Below are positions 25,850 through 42,369 of a stretch of DNA of 64,000 bases, one piece after another. A model generated the notes under the pieces. It saw only the letters and a list, made by a program, of their open reading frames with translations. It made no database searches and had not been told where the DNA came from. The translations under genes and the position numbers were made by a program. This DNA comes from Eledone cirrhosa. Its lineage: Eukaryota. Numbering within the stretch: position 1 is the stretch's first letter; the number at the start of each line of letters is the position of its first letter. The stretch lies in assembly GCA_964016885.1 (NCBI GenBank), contig OZ024742.1:326678001-326742000 (forward strand), given 5' to 3'.

Positions 25850-26087
25850 TACTTCACAAAAAGAAATATTGCTATGACCAAAACAAGCTTTAGATTTTCA
25901 TGTAAAATATAGAAATAGTCAATCGCTGTTGTACAAAGCAGAGATGGGAAGAAGTTTCAAGAACTAAGGGACCACTAAAGCTGAAAAGGAGAAAGTGCCT
26001 CCAGCCCCCACCAAAATTGAAAAGTATGAGAACCCCGTCACCCTGCGTACCATGAATGCTACCACCCGAAATTTCATCACTGGTGCG

Positions 26088-26250
26088 CAGTGCCGGATTT
26101 ACCATTGTGCTTAGGTGTTCTTAAGCATAGGGCCCTGCGGCCAGGAGGGCCCATTTCCTGCCAAAAACCCTTTTACCTCCTTCAGGGCCCGAGTAAGGGG
26201 CCTCATAACTTAACTAGAACAGGGCCTCCTTTGTCTTAAATCCGACACTG
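26088..26250. mobile_element. hAT (Ac-like) MITE
   Basis: TIRs CAGTGCCGGATTTA / TAAATCCGACACTG, flanks ctggtgcg / ttggtacg. Confidence 0.78.
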
Positions 26251-27119
26251 TTGGTACGGTATGAAGTCAACTGAAACCATTCCAGTATACTTCTGGTTCT
26301 TAAATTATCGATACCGGATATATAGTGGATAAAATAAATAAATCAATGTAAAAACAAATTTGAGGTGATGGTGGGTAGACGGACCGATAATACAGATCCC
26401 GGTGGGATTTGAAGTATGGAATGTAGATAGACGAGAGACAAGCAACTGATAAAGACGATCAGTCCAATGCAATACCATCAATGGTAGACACTGATAATAC
26501 GCAGCTGTAGTTTTCGATTGACATTTGAAGTAGTAGTTAACTCCCTTGATAATAATATCGTAGCATAGATTGTGGGGAAACATGGCAAAATCAATTATCT
26601 ACATATCAATTAGCCGACATACCGTCCACAAAACTATTAGCAAAAAAAAAAGGAAATCAAAATAGGTTCACAACTACAGAAATGACATGATAGACAAAAT
26701 GGAGGTTCTCAACCTATTTATCAATCAAAATCTCTTGAGTGTTTTACACCAATGAGAGGTACAAATTACATATATGATGGTAGTGATGAATTTAGTCATT
26801 TCATTATATACTATAAGATTAACACAAACTAAAATAACTCGCAGAGGCACGAACACTTTTATACTTACGCAAATATTACACGATTTACGAAACAAAACCC
26901 TCTTCAAAAATAACGTATTCATAAACGTTTGCTAATGACTAAAAGTAGCATACAGATGTAGCATATATACTACAATAGCTTCACTTCCATCAATTCAATC
27001 ATACACAAATATACACACATACGCACATATATATACGCACACAAATGCACACATACACGCTATTGAGTTCTCTGGTGCGTTATGGTCCACCTGGTATCTT
27101 ACAACACTCTTTTTGTTTG

Positions 27120-27164
<45 letters not shown>

Positions 27165-27234
27165 TCACAGTTGGGTGCGGATGCATTCATGTATATATGT
27201 GTGTGTCCGCATGTATCTGTGTGTTTCTAAATAT

Positions 27235-27284
<50 letters not shown>

Positions 27285-27287
<3 letters not shown>

Positions 27288-27466
27288 ATGGGTGGTGAGC
27301 CCCAGGTTCAATCGTAGGTGACCACAGTAAATAAGGTACTCGATACATTAATGGACTGTATACAACAAATTAAAGATAGAAATGGCTTCTAGAAGACTAG
27401 AACTGTTTCATTCGAAAGAAATCATCAGGATGAAACAGTTCTAGTCCTGTAGAAGTCATTTCTATA
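27285..27466 (-). mobile_element. Hammerhead-bearing element, family P2 (minus copy with short inversion)
   Basis: Reverse strand reads CTGATGA tttctttcgaat GAAACagttctagtc, followed by a tail gtatcgagtaccttatttactgtggtca homologous to 52820-52860. Confidence 0.65.
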
Positions 27467-27497
27467 TAGTATATGTAGATGTGTGTGTGTGCATGTG

Positions 27498-27627
<130 letters not shown>

Positions 27628-28246
27628 TGTTTATACGTACATACGTACATACATACATATATGATGGCTGCCCCCTCGTTATCGAGTATGGCCATTGCAC
27701 GATATAACATCTATATATTAATTTCAACAACGTCAGTATTCCGTGTGTCATAATTCTCGATTATCATTGGTTCATAGGTTTCAAACGACTCCGCCCACCT
27801 CAACGACGCCAAACTTAAATTAATATGCATAATGCAAATGAAGGAGTGAGAGGGGAGAGAGAGGTAAAGTGAACGCTGTGTTTGGATACACTATGTATAT
27901 GTGTCAGTGTAGAGACATGAGTGTGTGTGATGTGTGTGGAAATAAGAAGGGAAGGAAAGCAATAACTATTAACATGTGTGCGTGTGTATGTACGTGCGCG
28001 TATGTTTATGTGTGTATGCGTGCGTGCAGCGTTCGACGGAAAGTAAAAACTATCAACATGTGTGTATGTGTAAGTTTTCGTGCGTGTGCGCGTTTCCATG
28101 CGTGTATGTGTGTGTACGTGCGGCATCCCACAATCGCCACGCAGTTTATCTGTCTGTGTGCCTGTCTGTCAGTCTAACATACACAGAGTTGTGAAGGGAG
28201 TAAATAGAGACCTTTTTTTATATTGACGGACATCTTTTATATTAAT

Positions 28247-28610
28247 TATCTATATCTATATCTACATATAATATTTAAGATTGGAACTTCCATCATCCTT
28301 TTGAGAAACGTGGAACAACCACGTCTATGCAATGATACACGTTTTACAGTCAGGCAGAAGATAAACCATCTCCTAGAGGTCACTATTCTAGGTGGGAGCA
28401 CCTTGAATTGTTCATATACTATGCACAAACGGTACAACGAAGAATCAGGTATATCTGGAAGATTTTTTTTTACTGATTTTTGTATCACACAGACACCACG
28501 GACTCGCCTCATACTGTAAGCAGACAAACATCCAATACAGTCATTTTCTCTTTTACCTGTCTTCTCTTATCATCTGTTTACCCGGGCGAAGCTGGGTACG
28601 TCAGCTAGTT
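28247..28610 (+). mobile_element. Non-autonomous Helitron-like element
   Basis: Starts a|tctatatcta and ends with hairpin cccgggcgaagctggg followed by gCTAG|t. Confidence 0.55.
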
Positions 28611-28624
28611 ATTAATAATTATCA

Positions 28625-29056
28625 ATTAATTATATCGTGCAATGCTTGTGCGTGAGATGTTTTTAAAGGGAGGGAAGACTGTGCACTGAGCCAATCCCAC
28701 TCTCTGAGAGACAGTAGCTATAACCCGAAAAGATGAAAAGATCAACGTCATCGGTAACCAGTTTCCTGAGTTGCCTTCTCCTAGAAGAATGCTCTGACAA
28801 AGGCTAGGGGTCCTTCACTCCCAGTGGTTTAACCGCGCGATCGGGTATCCAGCCCGACTATTTCTATGTACCCCGTGCATATACAAACACATGTACATGT
28901 GTATATACATATTTACACATTTTTGGATGGCCGTTGACTCTTATGAGTTCTTCTGCCCTTTGTCAGGTTTTGTTTTTTGTCATGCAGGGTGTCCAAAATT
29001 CCCCTCCTCACCAAGTAAACTTGGTGGGGTTGCTGGTTTAGTCGCCGACGACCCGA
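28625..29056 (-). mobile_element. RTE-related non-autonomous elements: copy of the 7286 family (28625-28880) and partial diverged 610 bp family (28917-29056)
   Basis: Direct reverse-strand similarity to 7286-7550 and to 9994-10130. Confidence 0.75.
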
Positions 29057-29069
29057 CATACATACGTAC

Positions 29070-29640
29070 ATTAACAAAATGCGGACATATCAGACCAGAT
29101 ATAGTGATATGGGCCAGAAAGAAGACGGCATGCACAATAGATTTCAATATAATGCTAAATATTAGCGAAAAGGGGAACATTTACGCTGAACTAATGAGGA
29201 ATCTGCAGATACTCCGCTCTGTCTATTCTTTTGGATTTGTAAATGTGATAATTGAGGCTGAATTAAGTGCAAGAATTACAGAAGCTGGTGCAATAAGGCC
29301 GCAGCTTTAGTATTTAGTAATCATAAGTAGGTGTAAAAGCCAACCTCGCTATCTTTAATTCGGTATTCATGCCAACTTTTACCTTTGGTCATGAATCTCG
29401 GATAATTGCCGAAAGAATACGTTCGCAAATCCAAACGCCCGAAATGAGGTTACGCCAAAGGGTTTTTGTATGTATGTATGTGTGTGTATGTGTCTGTGTA
29501 TGTGTGTGTGTATGTGTGTGTGCGTGTCTGTATGTGTGTGTCTGTGCCAACCCTTACCTATGTTCATCAATATTGGATAATGACCGAAAGAATACGATCA
29601 CGGATACAAGCGGCCGAAATGGGGTTCCTCCGAATTGTCT
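29070..29640 (+). mobile_element. LINE debris: RLE fragment (HIRPDIVIW) and two RTE fragments ([21 protein letters not shown])
   Basis: Translated motifs in ORFs 28891, 29369 and 29466. Confidence 0.6.
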
Positions 29641-29655
29641 TTGTATGTATGTATG

Positions 29656-29794
<139 letters not shown>

Positions 29795-29795
29795 G

Positions 29796-29844
<49 letters not shown>

Positions 29845-29923
29845 ATATATACATATACATATATATATATACATATACATATATATATATATACTTATAC
29901 ATATATATATATATATATATATC

Positions 29924-32900
29924 TAAGGCGGGTAAAATTCCCGAGATCCATGGACGAGTTCTCTCCAGCGGTCTCTGTCCCTCATTATCGCATCTCCAAC
30001 AGACCAGTGTCTGTCCTTAGGGCATCAACATATGTTAACCTTGGTCTTCCTCTTCTAGTGTGTCCATGTAGGGGATCCCAAAGGAGCACTGAGTGCAATG
30101 TCAACTCTGGATGTCGGTGAGCATGTCCAGCCAACCTCAGTCTTCTCTGTGTCACTTTTGAGCTGACTTTTGGGATGCTCCCATACAGCTCTGAGTTTTT
30201 CATCCTCAGTGTATACTGATTAATGTTCAGAGCCATCCTCAGCATTCTCGTGTAGCACCCATCCACCATCTGAGTGAGTCTCTTGGTCAGTGTCCAAGTC
30301 TCAGACCCATACAGCAGCACAGACTCCACTACAGCAATGAAGAGGCGGATTTTCAGGTCTCTACGAAGGTCTGACTTCCACACCGATCTCAAGCTGTGAC
30401 ACGCCGCCCAGGCCTTGCTCTTCCTCTCAACCACATCATCTTCCGTATTCCCAATCTTTGCTCCCAAATACAGGAAGTCCTCAACCAATTCCAGCGGCTT
30501 CCCGCCTACATTAGTGATCCCCTCTGGCTTCTCAACATTCTCTACCAGATATTTTGTTTTAGTCTCATTCATTCTCAGCCCCACACTCATCGACACAGTC
30601 TCAACCTCCCGCATCAAATCCCCTGCCTCCTTCACTGTATTTGTCACCAAAACTATGTCGTCGGCAAACTCAGCATCCGATACCTTTTTCGCCCCAACTC
30701 TCCTGCTCTGAGCCGGTGCCACAGTAAAGCCAGAGTCCTGGTGTTTCTCCAGTGCAAGGCGCATACAATAGTCCACTACGATGATAAAAAGGTAGGGAGC
30801 CAATGTATCTCCCTGGAGCACTCCAGCCAGTATCTCAAAGAACTCTGTCATCCCATCAGGTGTAATGACTTGGGCTTTGGTGTTGGTGTAGAGCAGTGAT
30901 ATCAGGTCCACTATCCTCTTGGGGATTCCATAAGCCTGTAAGATCTTCATCAGGCAGTAACGGTCCACAGAATCAAAGGCCTTCCTAAAGTCAATGAAAA
31001 CCATGACCGCAGGAAGGCACTTTGCTCTAGCTCCCTCTAATATCCTCCTCAGCATCAGGATGTGACTGGTGGTTGATCTACCCTCTCTGAAGCCGTTCTG
31101 GTTGTCCCTGAGCTTCTTCTCCATCTCAGGCTGGATCCTGTTAAGAATCATCCTGTTGAGGGTCTTTGCCACAAGTGACGTCAGTGAGATCTCCCTTCTT
31201 TGGCACTGGGACGATGTTACTGATCCTCCACTGATTCGGGGCAACTCCTTTCTCCAGTGGCCCGTTACAGAACCCCAGGATGATATCATCAAAATCACAC
31301 CTCTTCATCACCTCTGATGCCACTCCATCCTCTCCATGAGCCTTGCCCTCCTTGATCTTCTTCTTGGCTCTCTGAATCTCCTCTCTGGTGAAGGGCTCTG
31401 TCTCAACATCCAGTTCCTCAAACAGCCGCCTGATCTCCCCAGTGCTCTGGGCTGTGGAGGGTGGCTCTCCTAGTAGGGTCCTAAAATGGTCTAGCCATTT
31501 CCTCTTCCTATCCTCGGGCCCCGTTCCCTGGATCTGACTCGAACACCTTTTCTTCCTCCCTGTGATCTCGTTGATGATCATCCAGCTCTCCTTACATCCA
31601 GATCTGTCAACCGCTCTCTCCACACTTCTGATCTTCTCTATCAGTGCCTCCTCTCTGACCTCAGTGTAAGCGGTACAGAGCTCTTCCCTCATCACCTCCA
31701 CAGTCTCCATCCTCTCCTCCGTAGGATCAGCATAGAATTGGTCCCTGGCAGCTTTCAGGTGTTCTCTGGCTGCACACACTTTTGGGTTTGCAGAGCTGAC
31801 GTGCTTCCCTTTGTTCTTTTTCCTCGGCACCAGGGTTTCACTTGCTTTCGCCACTGCATTGGTGAAGTGCCCGTACCTCCTCGTCACACTCTCCTCACTC
31901 CATCCAATCTCTCTCTCCTCTGACTCTCCACACAGAGCACTAAACCTGTTTCTCACTTCCACTGTGAACCTCTCCTGTAGCTTATCATCTTCCCTGAAAG
32001 CTCCCCAGTCATAGATTGTTCTCTGGGGCTGAGCCTTGCTCTTTCTTAAGCTCACGCGGACCTCACTCATAACAAGCCGGTGGTCACTACCCAGTGTACT
32101 GAAATAGCTGTATGGTTCCGTGTTCAGAACACTATTCCGCCACTTTTTCCTCACCAGAATGAAATCAATCTGGGACTTGGACAGGTGCATATCTGAGATG
32201 TAGGTCCACATCTTCCCCAGATTCTTCCTAAACCTTAGGTTGGTCGCCATCAAGTTCGCCTCCAGCAGGGTGTCTCTCAGTAGTCTTCCATTTCGGTTGG
32301 TGTTGTTATGGAAGTACCAGCAAGGATCTTCACTGCCCTCCTTACTCAGATGTGCATTGAAGTCCCCCAAAACAAGCAGGATATTGTGTGCCTGAGTGGT
32401 GTTGACAGCTCTACACACCTCCTCATGGAACTCCTCGGCATTCACATCACTGTCCCCCTCGGTTGGACTATAGGCTGAGATGACTGTCAGTCTTGGGTTT
32501 CCATTGAAGGTCACCCTCAACACTCGCGGGGAGATAGGCATTATTTCCCTCACCAACAGATTGGTTTTTGCACTGAACACAAAACCCACTCCTCCTACTG
32601 CAGCGTTTGTTGTGTTCTTCACTGCCGATGTAGTGATGAGCTGGCTCTTCCTCTCGATCATCACACTCCTCACGGGCTCATCGTGTAGAATCCTGTGTTC
32701 TTGGACCGCAAGTATCTGTATACCACTCTCCTCGAACAGATGTCCCAACTCCTCTCTCTTCTCCAGCGTTCGAATAGTCCTCACATTCAAAGTGCCCATT
32801 TTGATGGCTCTTCTGCAGGAAAAAACTGCATTCTTTATATTTGTCTCAGAGACAGCTGATCCATCATCCACTGGCCCTCTCTGTGGCTCTAAGCCAGCAG

Positions 32901-33075
32901 AGTCATAACGACCAGGCTGATCCTTGACAGTGTAATTAGGGGCTCTAACCCTAGTGCTGTTAGATCGACTCTCCATATTTCTTTTCAATGGCTGACAATA
33001 CCATACCGGCGCCACTCGAGTAAGGTAGTTATTTAACCCATAACTGGAGCCCTAACAAGTACTACCACCCCGTAT
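29924..33075 (-). mobile_element. Near full-length RTE-like LINE (APE + RT) inserted in (TA)n
   Basis: ORF 33015-31141 (GTLNVRT, AVQEHR, SAYSPT, GDFNAH, SDH) continues after a frameshift as ORF 31298-29985 (QNGFR, FIDFRKAFD, GVLQGDTLAP, EFADD, LLYGSETW). Confidence 0.93.
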
Positions 33076-33090
33076 ACTGTATATATATAT

Positions 33091-33282
33091 ATAGGAACAA
33101 GTATGACCCCGACGGCAGAGCTCAAGCTGTTTCGACGGCTAATTCAGTCCAGAATTAGCCGTCGAAACGGCTTGAGCTCTGCCGTCGGGGTCATACTTGT
33201 TCCTATTACCCACTCTACTACACTAAGCATTGAGTACTTTGGTGCGTTATGGTCCATCTGGTTCCTTACCACATTTCCTTCG

Positions 33283-33283
<1 letters not shown>
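33091..33283 (+). mobile_element. Family P1 half-hammerhead palindrome element
   Basis: ~54 bp arms around cagtcca; right arm reads ccgtc GAAAC GGC-ttgagctct-GCC GTC ggggtc. Flanked by (TA)n. Confidence 0.85.
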
Positions 33284-33368
<85 letters not shown>

Positions 33369-33371
33369 GTA

Positions 33372-33452
<81 letters not shown>

Positions 33453-33470
33453 ATATATACATATACATAT

Positions 33471-33504
<34 letters not shown>

Positions 33505-33519
33505 ATATATACATATACA

Positions 33520-33555
<36 letters not shown>

Positions 33556-33580
33556 TGTATGTATGTATGTATGTATGTAT

Positions 33581-34700
33581 GAGGCCCTGGAAATACTCTA
33601 CGCCACAGACCACATCTTAAACAAAAAATCTGAGGCAATTTCGGCTTGTAAACATAAATTGCACAAAACTTTCCTGTATTACAGCCCCACGTTATACCCT
33701 AACGGATAGCACGATCTATACGTGGATATTTACGTCTTGATGTGGGAGCTAAGTATATGTTTTGTTTATTCCTTTACTTTTTGCATAGGTAAGTATATAT
33801 TACCCGTATGTTTTGTGATGGTATGTATAGCTTCTCGTACGTATATTTGACTGTTTTGGCGTATAATTTTTACATATTCTGGTATTTAGGGCTTGGTTAT
33901 GTGTATATGGGAGTTTTGCGTCTGCGTGAGTATGCAGTTTCGTACGTATGGTGGGTGTGTGTATATGTGTACTTCTTGTTTTAGTTGACTTACGTCTCCG
34001 AACCTTCATGTATTTATTTGTAGGTATGTGTGTGCGCTTGTTATATACGTATTTATTTACTTATATACGTTTATATAATTATTTATTTATTTGTACACAA
34101 GCATACACACACATATTTATATGTGTGTGGTTTTGTATACCTATGGTAAGGTTTTGCGTATGCTTGTGTATGTACGTATCTGTTTGCGTGTATGTATTTA
34201 TTTGTTCCTATTACTTCTGTATTGTATTTATTTACTTTGTTCTTAACTCTGTAGCGGAGATTCGTTCGGTCTCCTAGTTAGAATTTTAGTCTACGACTTC
34301 TGCTATACCATTTACGTGGTTTTGTCTTTGCACGCTATTGTTCTCCACGCTCCACATATGACTTATTATCTTCGTTTTTTCGTTCATTGCCAGAGAACGT
34401 CTCTATGCACCACTTAGAGAACATTAGTCTACGACCTCTTTTATACCATAAACGAGGTTCTGTCCTTGCACGTAATTGTTTTTCACCGCTCCTATTAATG
34501 ACGTATTATTCGTTTTTTCCCGTTCTTTGCCAGCGAACGTCACCATGAACCAAAGTATCGTCTTCATGTCTTCCTCCGGCTGCAACGGTTTTTGAAATAT
34601 CCAGTTCTGCGTTTACAGATTGACTTTGTTAGTTTCAGAAGATCCCGTTAAGGGTGAAAGCAGCGATTCTTTGCTTAAACTTTAATCTGTTATTTTAAAT
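33581..34700 (+). mobile_element. Probable Penelope-like element 3' remnant (endonuclease C-terminus, 3' UTR, hammerhead-like motif)
   Basis: EALEI...[14 protein letters not shown] resembles PLE GIY-YIG C-termini. ~138 bp diverged tandem duplication at 34286-34555 and a hammerhead-like fold at 34631-34681. Confidence 0.5.
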
Positions 34701-34775
34701 ATACATATATATATAACCAAGAAACAGACAGAATGACGAAATGAAAATAAAAATATATTATCAAATAACCATTAT

Positions 34776-34857
34776 ATCTCTCGGACAGATTATCCCTAAT
34801 CTGTTTCGCCCTGAGTGTGTTTGTAACAGATAATCCTGGGCTTCATCAGCGAGAGAT
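34776..34857 (-). ncRNA. Type I hammerhead ribozyme (inverted copy)
   Basis: Reverse complement of 35551-35632. Confidence 0.88.
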
Positions 34858-35550
34858 TGCGATTAAATGCCACAAACACTATATGCCAACGTTCACACAG
34901 AAAGATGAATTCATCACCTCGTGCTTCGCCAGCCAAACGTGGTAAGCGCGTGTTGAACAGAAATAACAGTCAAACACGCACAACTTAATAGCTCATCCCG
35001 TAAGAGAGCCGAAATATATATATATGAATTAGAACCCTGTAACCATTAAGCTCTAAGTATAAAGTACAAATAAATACTGAGCCGATTAACAATATATAGT
35101 AAGAAACACAGTAAACCGTGTGTCCAAAATTACAAGGGTTGAAAAACCACATATGCTTGAAATATTTAACCAAGAAACAGACAGAATGACGAAATGAAAA
35201 TAAAAATATATTATTTCGTCATTCTGTCTGTTTCTTGGTTAAATATTTCAAGCATATGTGGTTTTTCAACCCTTGTAATTTTGGACACACGGTTTACTGT
35301 GTTTCTTACTATATATTGTTAATCAGCTCAGTATTTATTTGTACTTTATACTTAGAGCTTAATGGTTACAGGGTTCTAATTCATATATATATATTTCGGC
35401 TCTCTTACGGGATGAGCTATTAAGTTGTGCGTGTTTGACTGTTATTTCTGTTCAACACGCGCTTACCACGTTTGGCTGGCGAAGCACGAGGTGATGAATT
35501 CATCTTTCTGTGTGAACGTTGGCATATAGTGTTTGTGGCATTTAATCGCA

Positions 35551-35632
35551 ATCTCTCGCTGATGAAGCCCAGGATTATCTGTTACAAACACACTCAGGGC
35601 GAAACAGATTAGGGATAATCTGTCCGAGAGAT
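35551..35632 (+). ncRNA. Type I hammerhead ribozyme
   Basis: atctctcg CTGATGA a GCCC..GGGC GAA ACAGATTA-ggga-TAATCTGT C cgagagat. 8 bp stem I, 4 bp stem II, 8 bp stem III with GNRA loop; predicted cleavage after GUC 35624. Confidence 0.9.
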
Positions 35633-35853
35633 ATAATGGTTATTGAGGCGGTTTGTATTATTTGATAATATATTTTTATTTTCATTTCGTCATTCTGTCT
35701 GTTTCTTGGTTAAATATTTCAAGCATATGTGGTTTTTCAACCCTTGTAATTTTGGACACACGGTTTACTGTGTTTCTTACTATATATTGTTAATCGGCTC
35801 AGTATTTATTTGTACTTTATACTTAGAGCTTAATGGTTACAGGGTTCTAATTC

Positions 35854-36017
<164 letters not shown>

Positions 36018-36044
36018 TGTGTATATATATAGAGAGAGAGAGAG

Positions 36045-36232
36045 AAACAAGTATGACCACGACGGCAGAGCTCAAGCCGTTTCGACGGCTAATTCAGTCC
36101 AGAATTAGCCGTCGAAACGGCTTGAGCTCTGCCGTCGGGGTCATACTTGTTCCTATTACCCACTCTACTACACTAAGTATTGAGTACTTTGGTGCGTTAC
36201 GGTCCATCTGGTTCCTTACCACATTTCCTTCG

Positions 36233-36234
<2 letters not shown>
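36045..36234 (+). mobile_element. Family P1 half-hammerhead palindrome element
   Basis: Near-identical to 33091-33283. Confidence 0.85.
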
Positions 36235-36319
<85 letters not shown>

Positions 36320-36397
36320 TATACTGTATATATATATATATATGATTTCTAAAGAATGAAACAGTTCTAGTCCTGTAGAATATCATCTATATTAAAA

Positions 36398-36462
<65 letters not shown>

Positions 36463-36466
<4 letters not shown>

Positions 36467-37075
36467 TTGCGAGGTTTTTTATATGAAATCGTGTGTCGAA
36501 ACAAATATGTTATACTTGGAGAGGGTCATATTTGTGTAATAATATTGCCAGAATTAATAACAGAACACACTCACTGTTTGGTTGGTTTTCGCTTCTGTGT
36601 CTTTAACTTAAATAAATAAATACATACACAAGCACAATAACAACAAACACATATAAACACACACTAGTAAACTAAGATAGAATACAATAACCAATACACA
36701 GTCACCCAAACACGAACACACATCAAACACTATACACACACGCAAACGCATGCGCAGAGAAGACAAAAAAATAAATAAATAAACAGACTAAATAAAGATG
36801 GCGTAGGCATACAATACAACAGGAGAAAATATAATAGCACTATTGACGATGTTGCAGATGTGCAACGAAAGAACTTTGTTAGACTATATATATGTGTTTG
36901 TGCCTATATTGTATCTTTATTTTTGACCGTTGGTCAGTCAATGGAAACATTGAGGACCGAATAAATTAAATTAACCGATATAAAAGACACAGAAGCGAAA
37001 ACCAACCAAACAGTGAGTGCGTTCTGTTATTAATTCTTGCAATATTATTACACAAATATCACCCTCCCCAAGTAT

Positions 37076-37080
<5 letters not shown>
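36463..37080. mobile_element. Penelope-like pLTR remnant with ~100 bp inverted arms and a disrupted hammerhead (36835-36881)
   Basis: Arms ~36505-36605 and ~36983-37080. Shares tgaaatcgtgtg..gttatactt..gagggtcat, gcgcatg.gcag, atggcgtagg and cgaaagaact.tg with the 3' UTR of the PLE at 62310-62800. Confidence 0.7.
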
Positions 37081-37128
<48 letters not shown>

Positions 37129-37132
<4 letters not shown>

Positions 37133-37920
37133 ATTATGAAGAGAGAAGAAACAATTAGATATAATTAGTAATAAGATGTATCATACCTAAACTGCTTCTA
37201 AATTCCTCGACTACGTAGTTTCGTGGCATAATCAAAAACAATACATCACAGAGATATAGAGTTTTTGTGAGGTCTGCCGACTTATCAAGAGGATACCTCA
37301 TTAAGGGTTTCAAAAAACGTCTGTAAGATGCGATATAGAATCCCGAAAGGCGGAGGGGGAGTCAATCACGTGATACAGCGGTCAAGAAACAGAGCTAAGC
37401 CTCTTATAACCCTGAAAAAAATACCACGGAGGCGGAGGGGATATTTATATCGAGGCCGTAGAAGAGATGGTTAAGGAGGCCTCGATATAAATACCCCCTC
37501 CGCCTCCGTGGTATTTTTGTCAGGGTTATAAGAGGCTTAGCTCTGTTTCTTGACCGCTGTATCACGTGATTGACTCCCCCTCCGCCTTTCGGGATTCTAT
37601 ATCGCATCTTACAGACGTGTTTTGAAACCCTTAATGAGGTATCCTCTCGATAAGTCGGCAGACCTCACAAAAACTCTATATCTCTGTGATGTATTGTTTT
37701 TGATTATGCCACGAAACTACGTAGTCGAGGAATTTAGAAGCAGTTTAGGTATGATACAACTTATTACTAATTATATCTAATTGTTTCTTCTCTCTTCATA
37801 ATGTACTTTATAGCTCTGATACTGGTTCAGTCTAATCCATTCGGATTGGTTTGTCCCAGTTTTTCATAGAGCAACATCGGTTAAGGTTGGCACCATTAAC
37901 TCAAGGATAGATGTGGATAT
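37129..37920. mobile_element. ~330 bp-arm inverted repeat element with a hammerhead in each arm, plus tail
   Basis: Arms 37129-37457 and 37478-37806. Minus 37204-37293 reads tcctc TTGATAA GTcGGCA...TGCCAC GAAAC-tacgta-GTC gagga; the plus copy 37642-37731 has TCGATAA. Confidence 0.8.
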
Positions 37921-38112
37921 ATTCATGTATATGTATGTGTCCGCATGTATCTGTGTGTTTCTCTATATATTGTGTATATATATATATACAAAGACATTCG
38001 GAGGCACCCCATTCCGGTTTTTACTTTTATTTTTCTCATGACAGACTGAATGAATCGGGACCCAGAGCCCAATGAAACTTGAGTACCTGTTTATGTCACT
38101 GTTGTAATCATT

Positions 38113-38211
<99 letters not shown>

Positions 38212-38266
38212 ATTATATATATATATATTATATATATATATATTATATATATATATATTATATATA

Positions 38267-38304
<38 letters not shown>

Positions 38305-38335
38305 GTGTGTGCGTGTGTGTGAGAGAGTGTGTGTG

Positions 38336-38376
<41 letters not shown>

Positions 38377-38379
<3 letters not shown>

Positions 38380-38585
38380 CGTGTGGCTGAGTAGTTAGAG
38401 AATTGGATTCACAATCTTGAGGTTGTGAGTTCGATTCCTGGACTGGGCGATGCGTTATGTCCTCAAGCAAGACATTTTATTTCACGTTGCTCCTTCTACC
38501 TGGAGTTACGACCGATAGATAGTATTGCAACTGGAAAGACCAATGGAAACATTGTTTCCTCAGTCCGATTTCACGAAAGTCGATC
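38377..38585 (+). mobile_element. SINE family B
   Basis: tggctgagtagtt A-box, gagttcgattcc B-box, gtcctcaagcaagacattttatttcacgttgctcc core. Confidence 0.8.
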
Positions 38586-38609
38586 GATCCTTATATATAT
38601 ATATATATA

Positions 38610-42010
<3,401 letters not shown>

Positions 42011-42135
42011 AAAGTAGCTTATATAATTATATATGTGTGTGTATGTCAACATGAATGGACCTATTATTTTTATCTAAAGACATTTTTCCAATGCCATCCC
42101 GCCCGTCCCCTTAATCTATTTTATTTCTCATTTTT

Positions 42136-42171
42136 TCTTCAGATGAAGGACTAGCGTCCGAAACGTTAAGA
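42136..42171 (+). ncRNA. Minimal hammerhead-like motif (U4A variant), family shared with 55182
   Basis: tctt CAGATGA a GGAC-tagc-GTCC GAAACGTT aaga, with downstream tatcaagcgttaa.ctaatatat shared with 55243. Confidence 0.6.
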
Positions 42172-42255
42172 CCCTCTTCCTTCTATATCAAGCGTTAACC
42201 TAATATATACCTTCCATATACTGTACCGATTGTGTTGTTATTTCTGTTTACCTTT

Positions 42256-42294
<39 letters not shown>

Positions 42295-42323
42295 CAAATA
42301 AATTATATATATATATATATATA

Positions 42324-42369
<46 letters not shown>

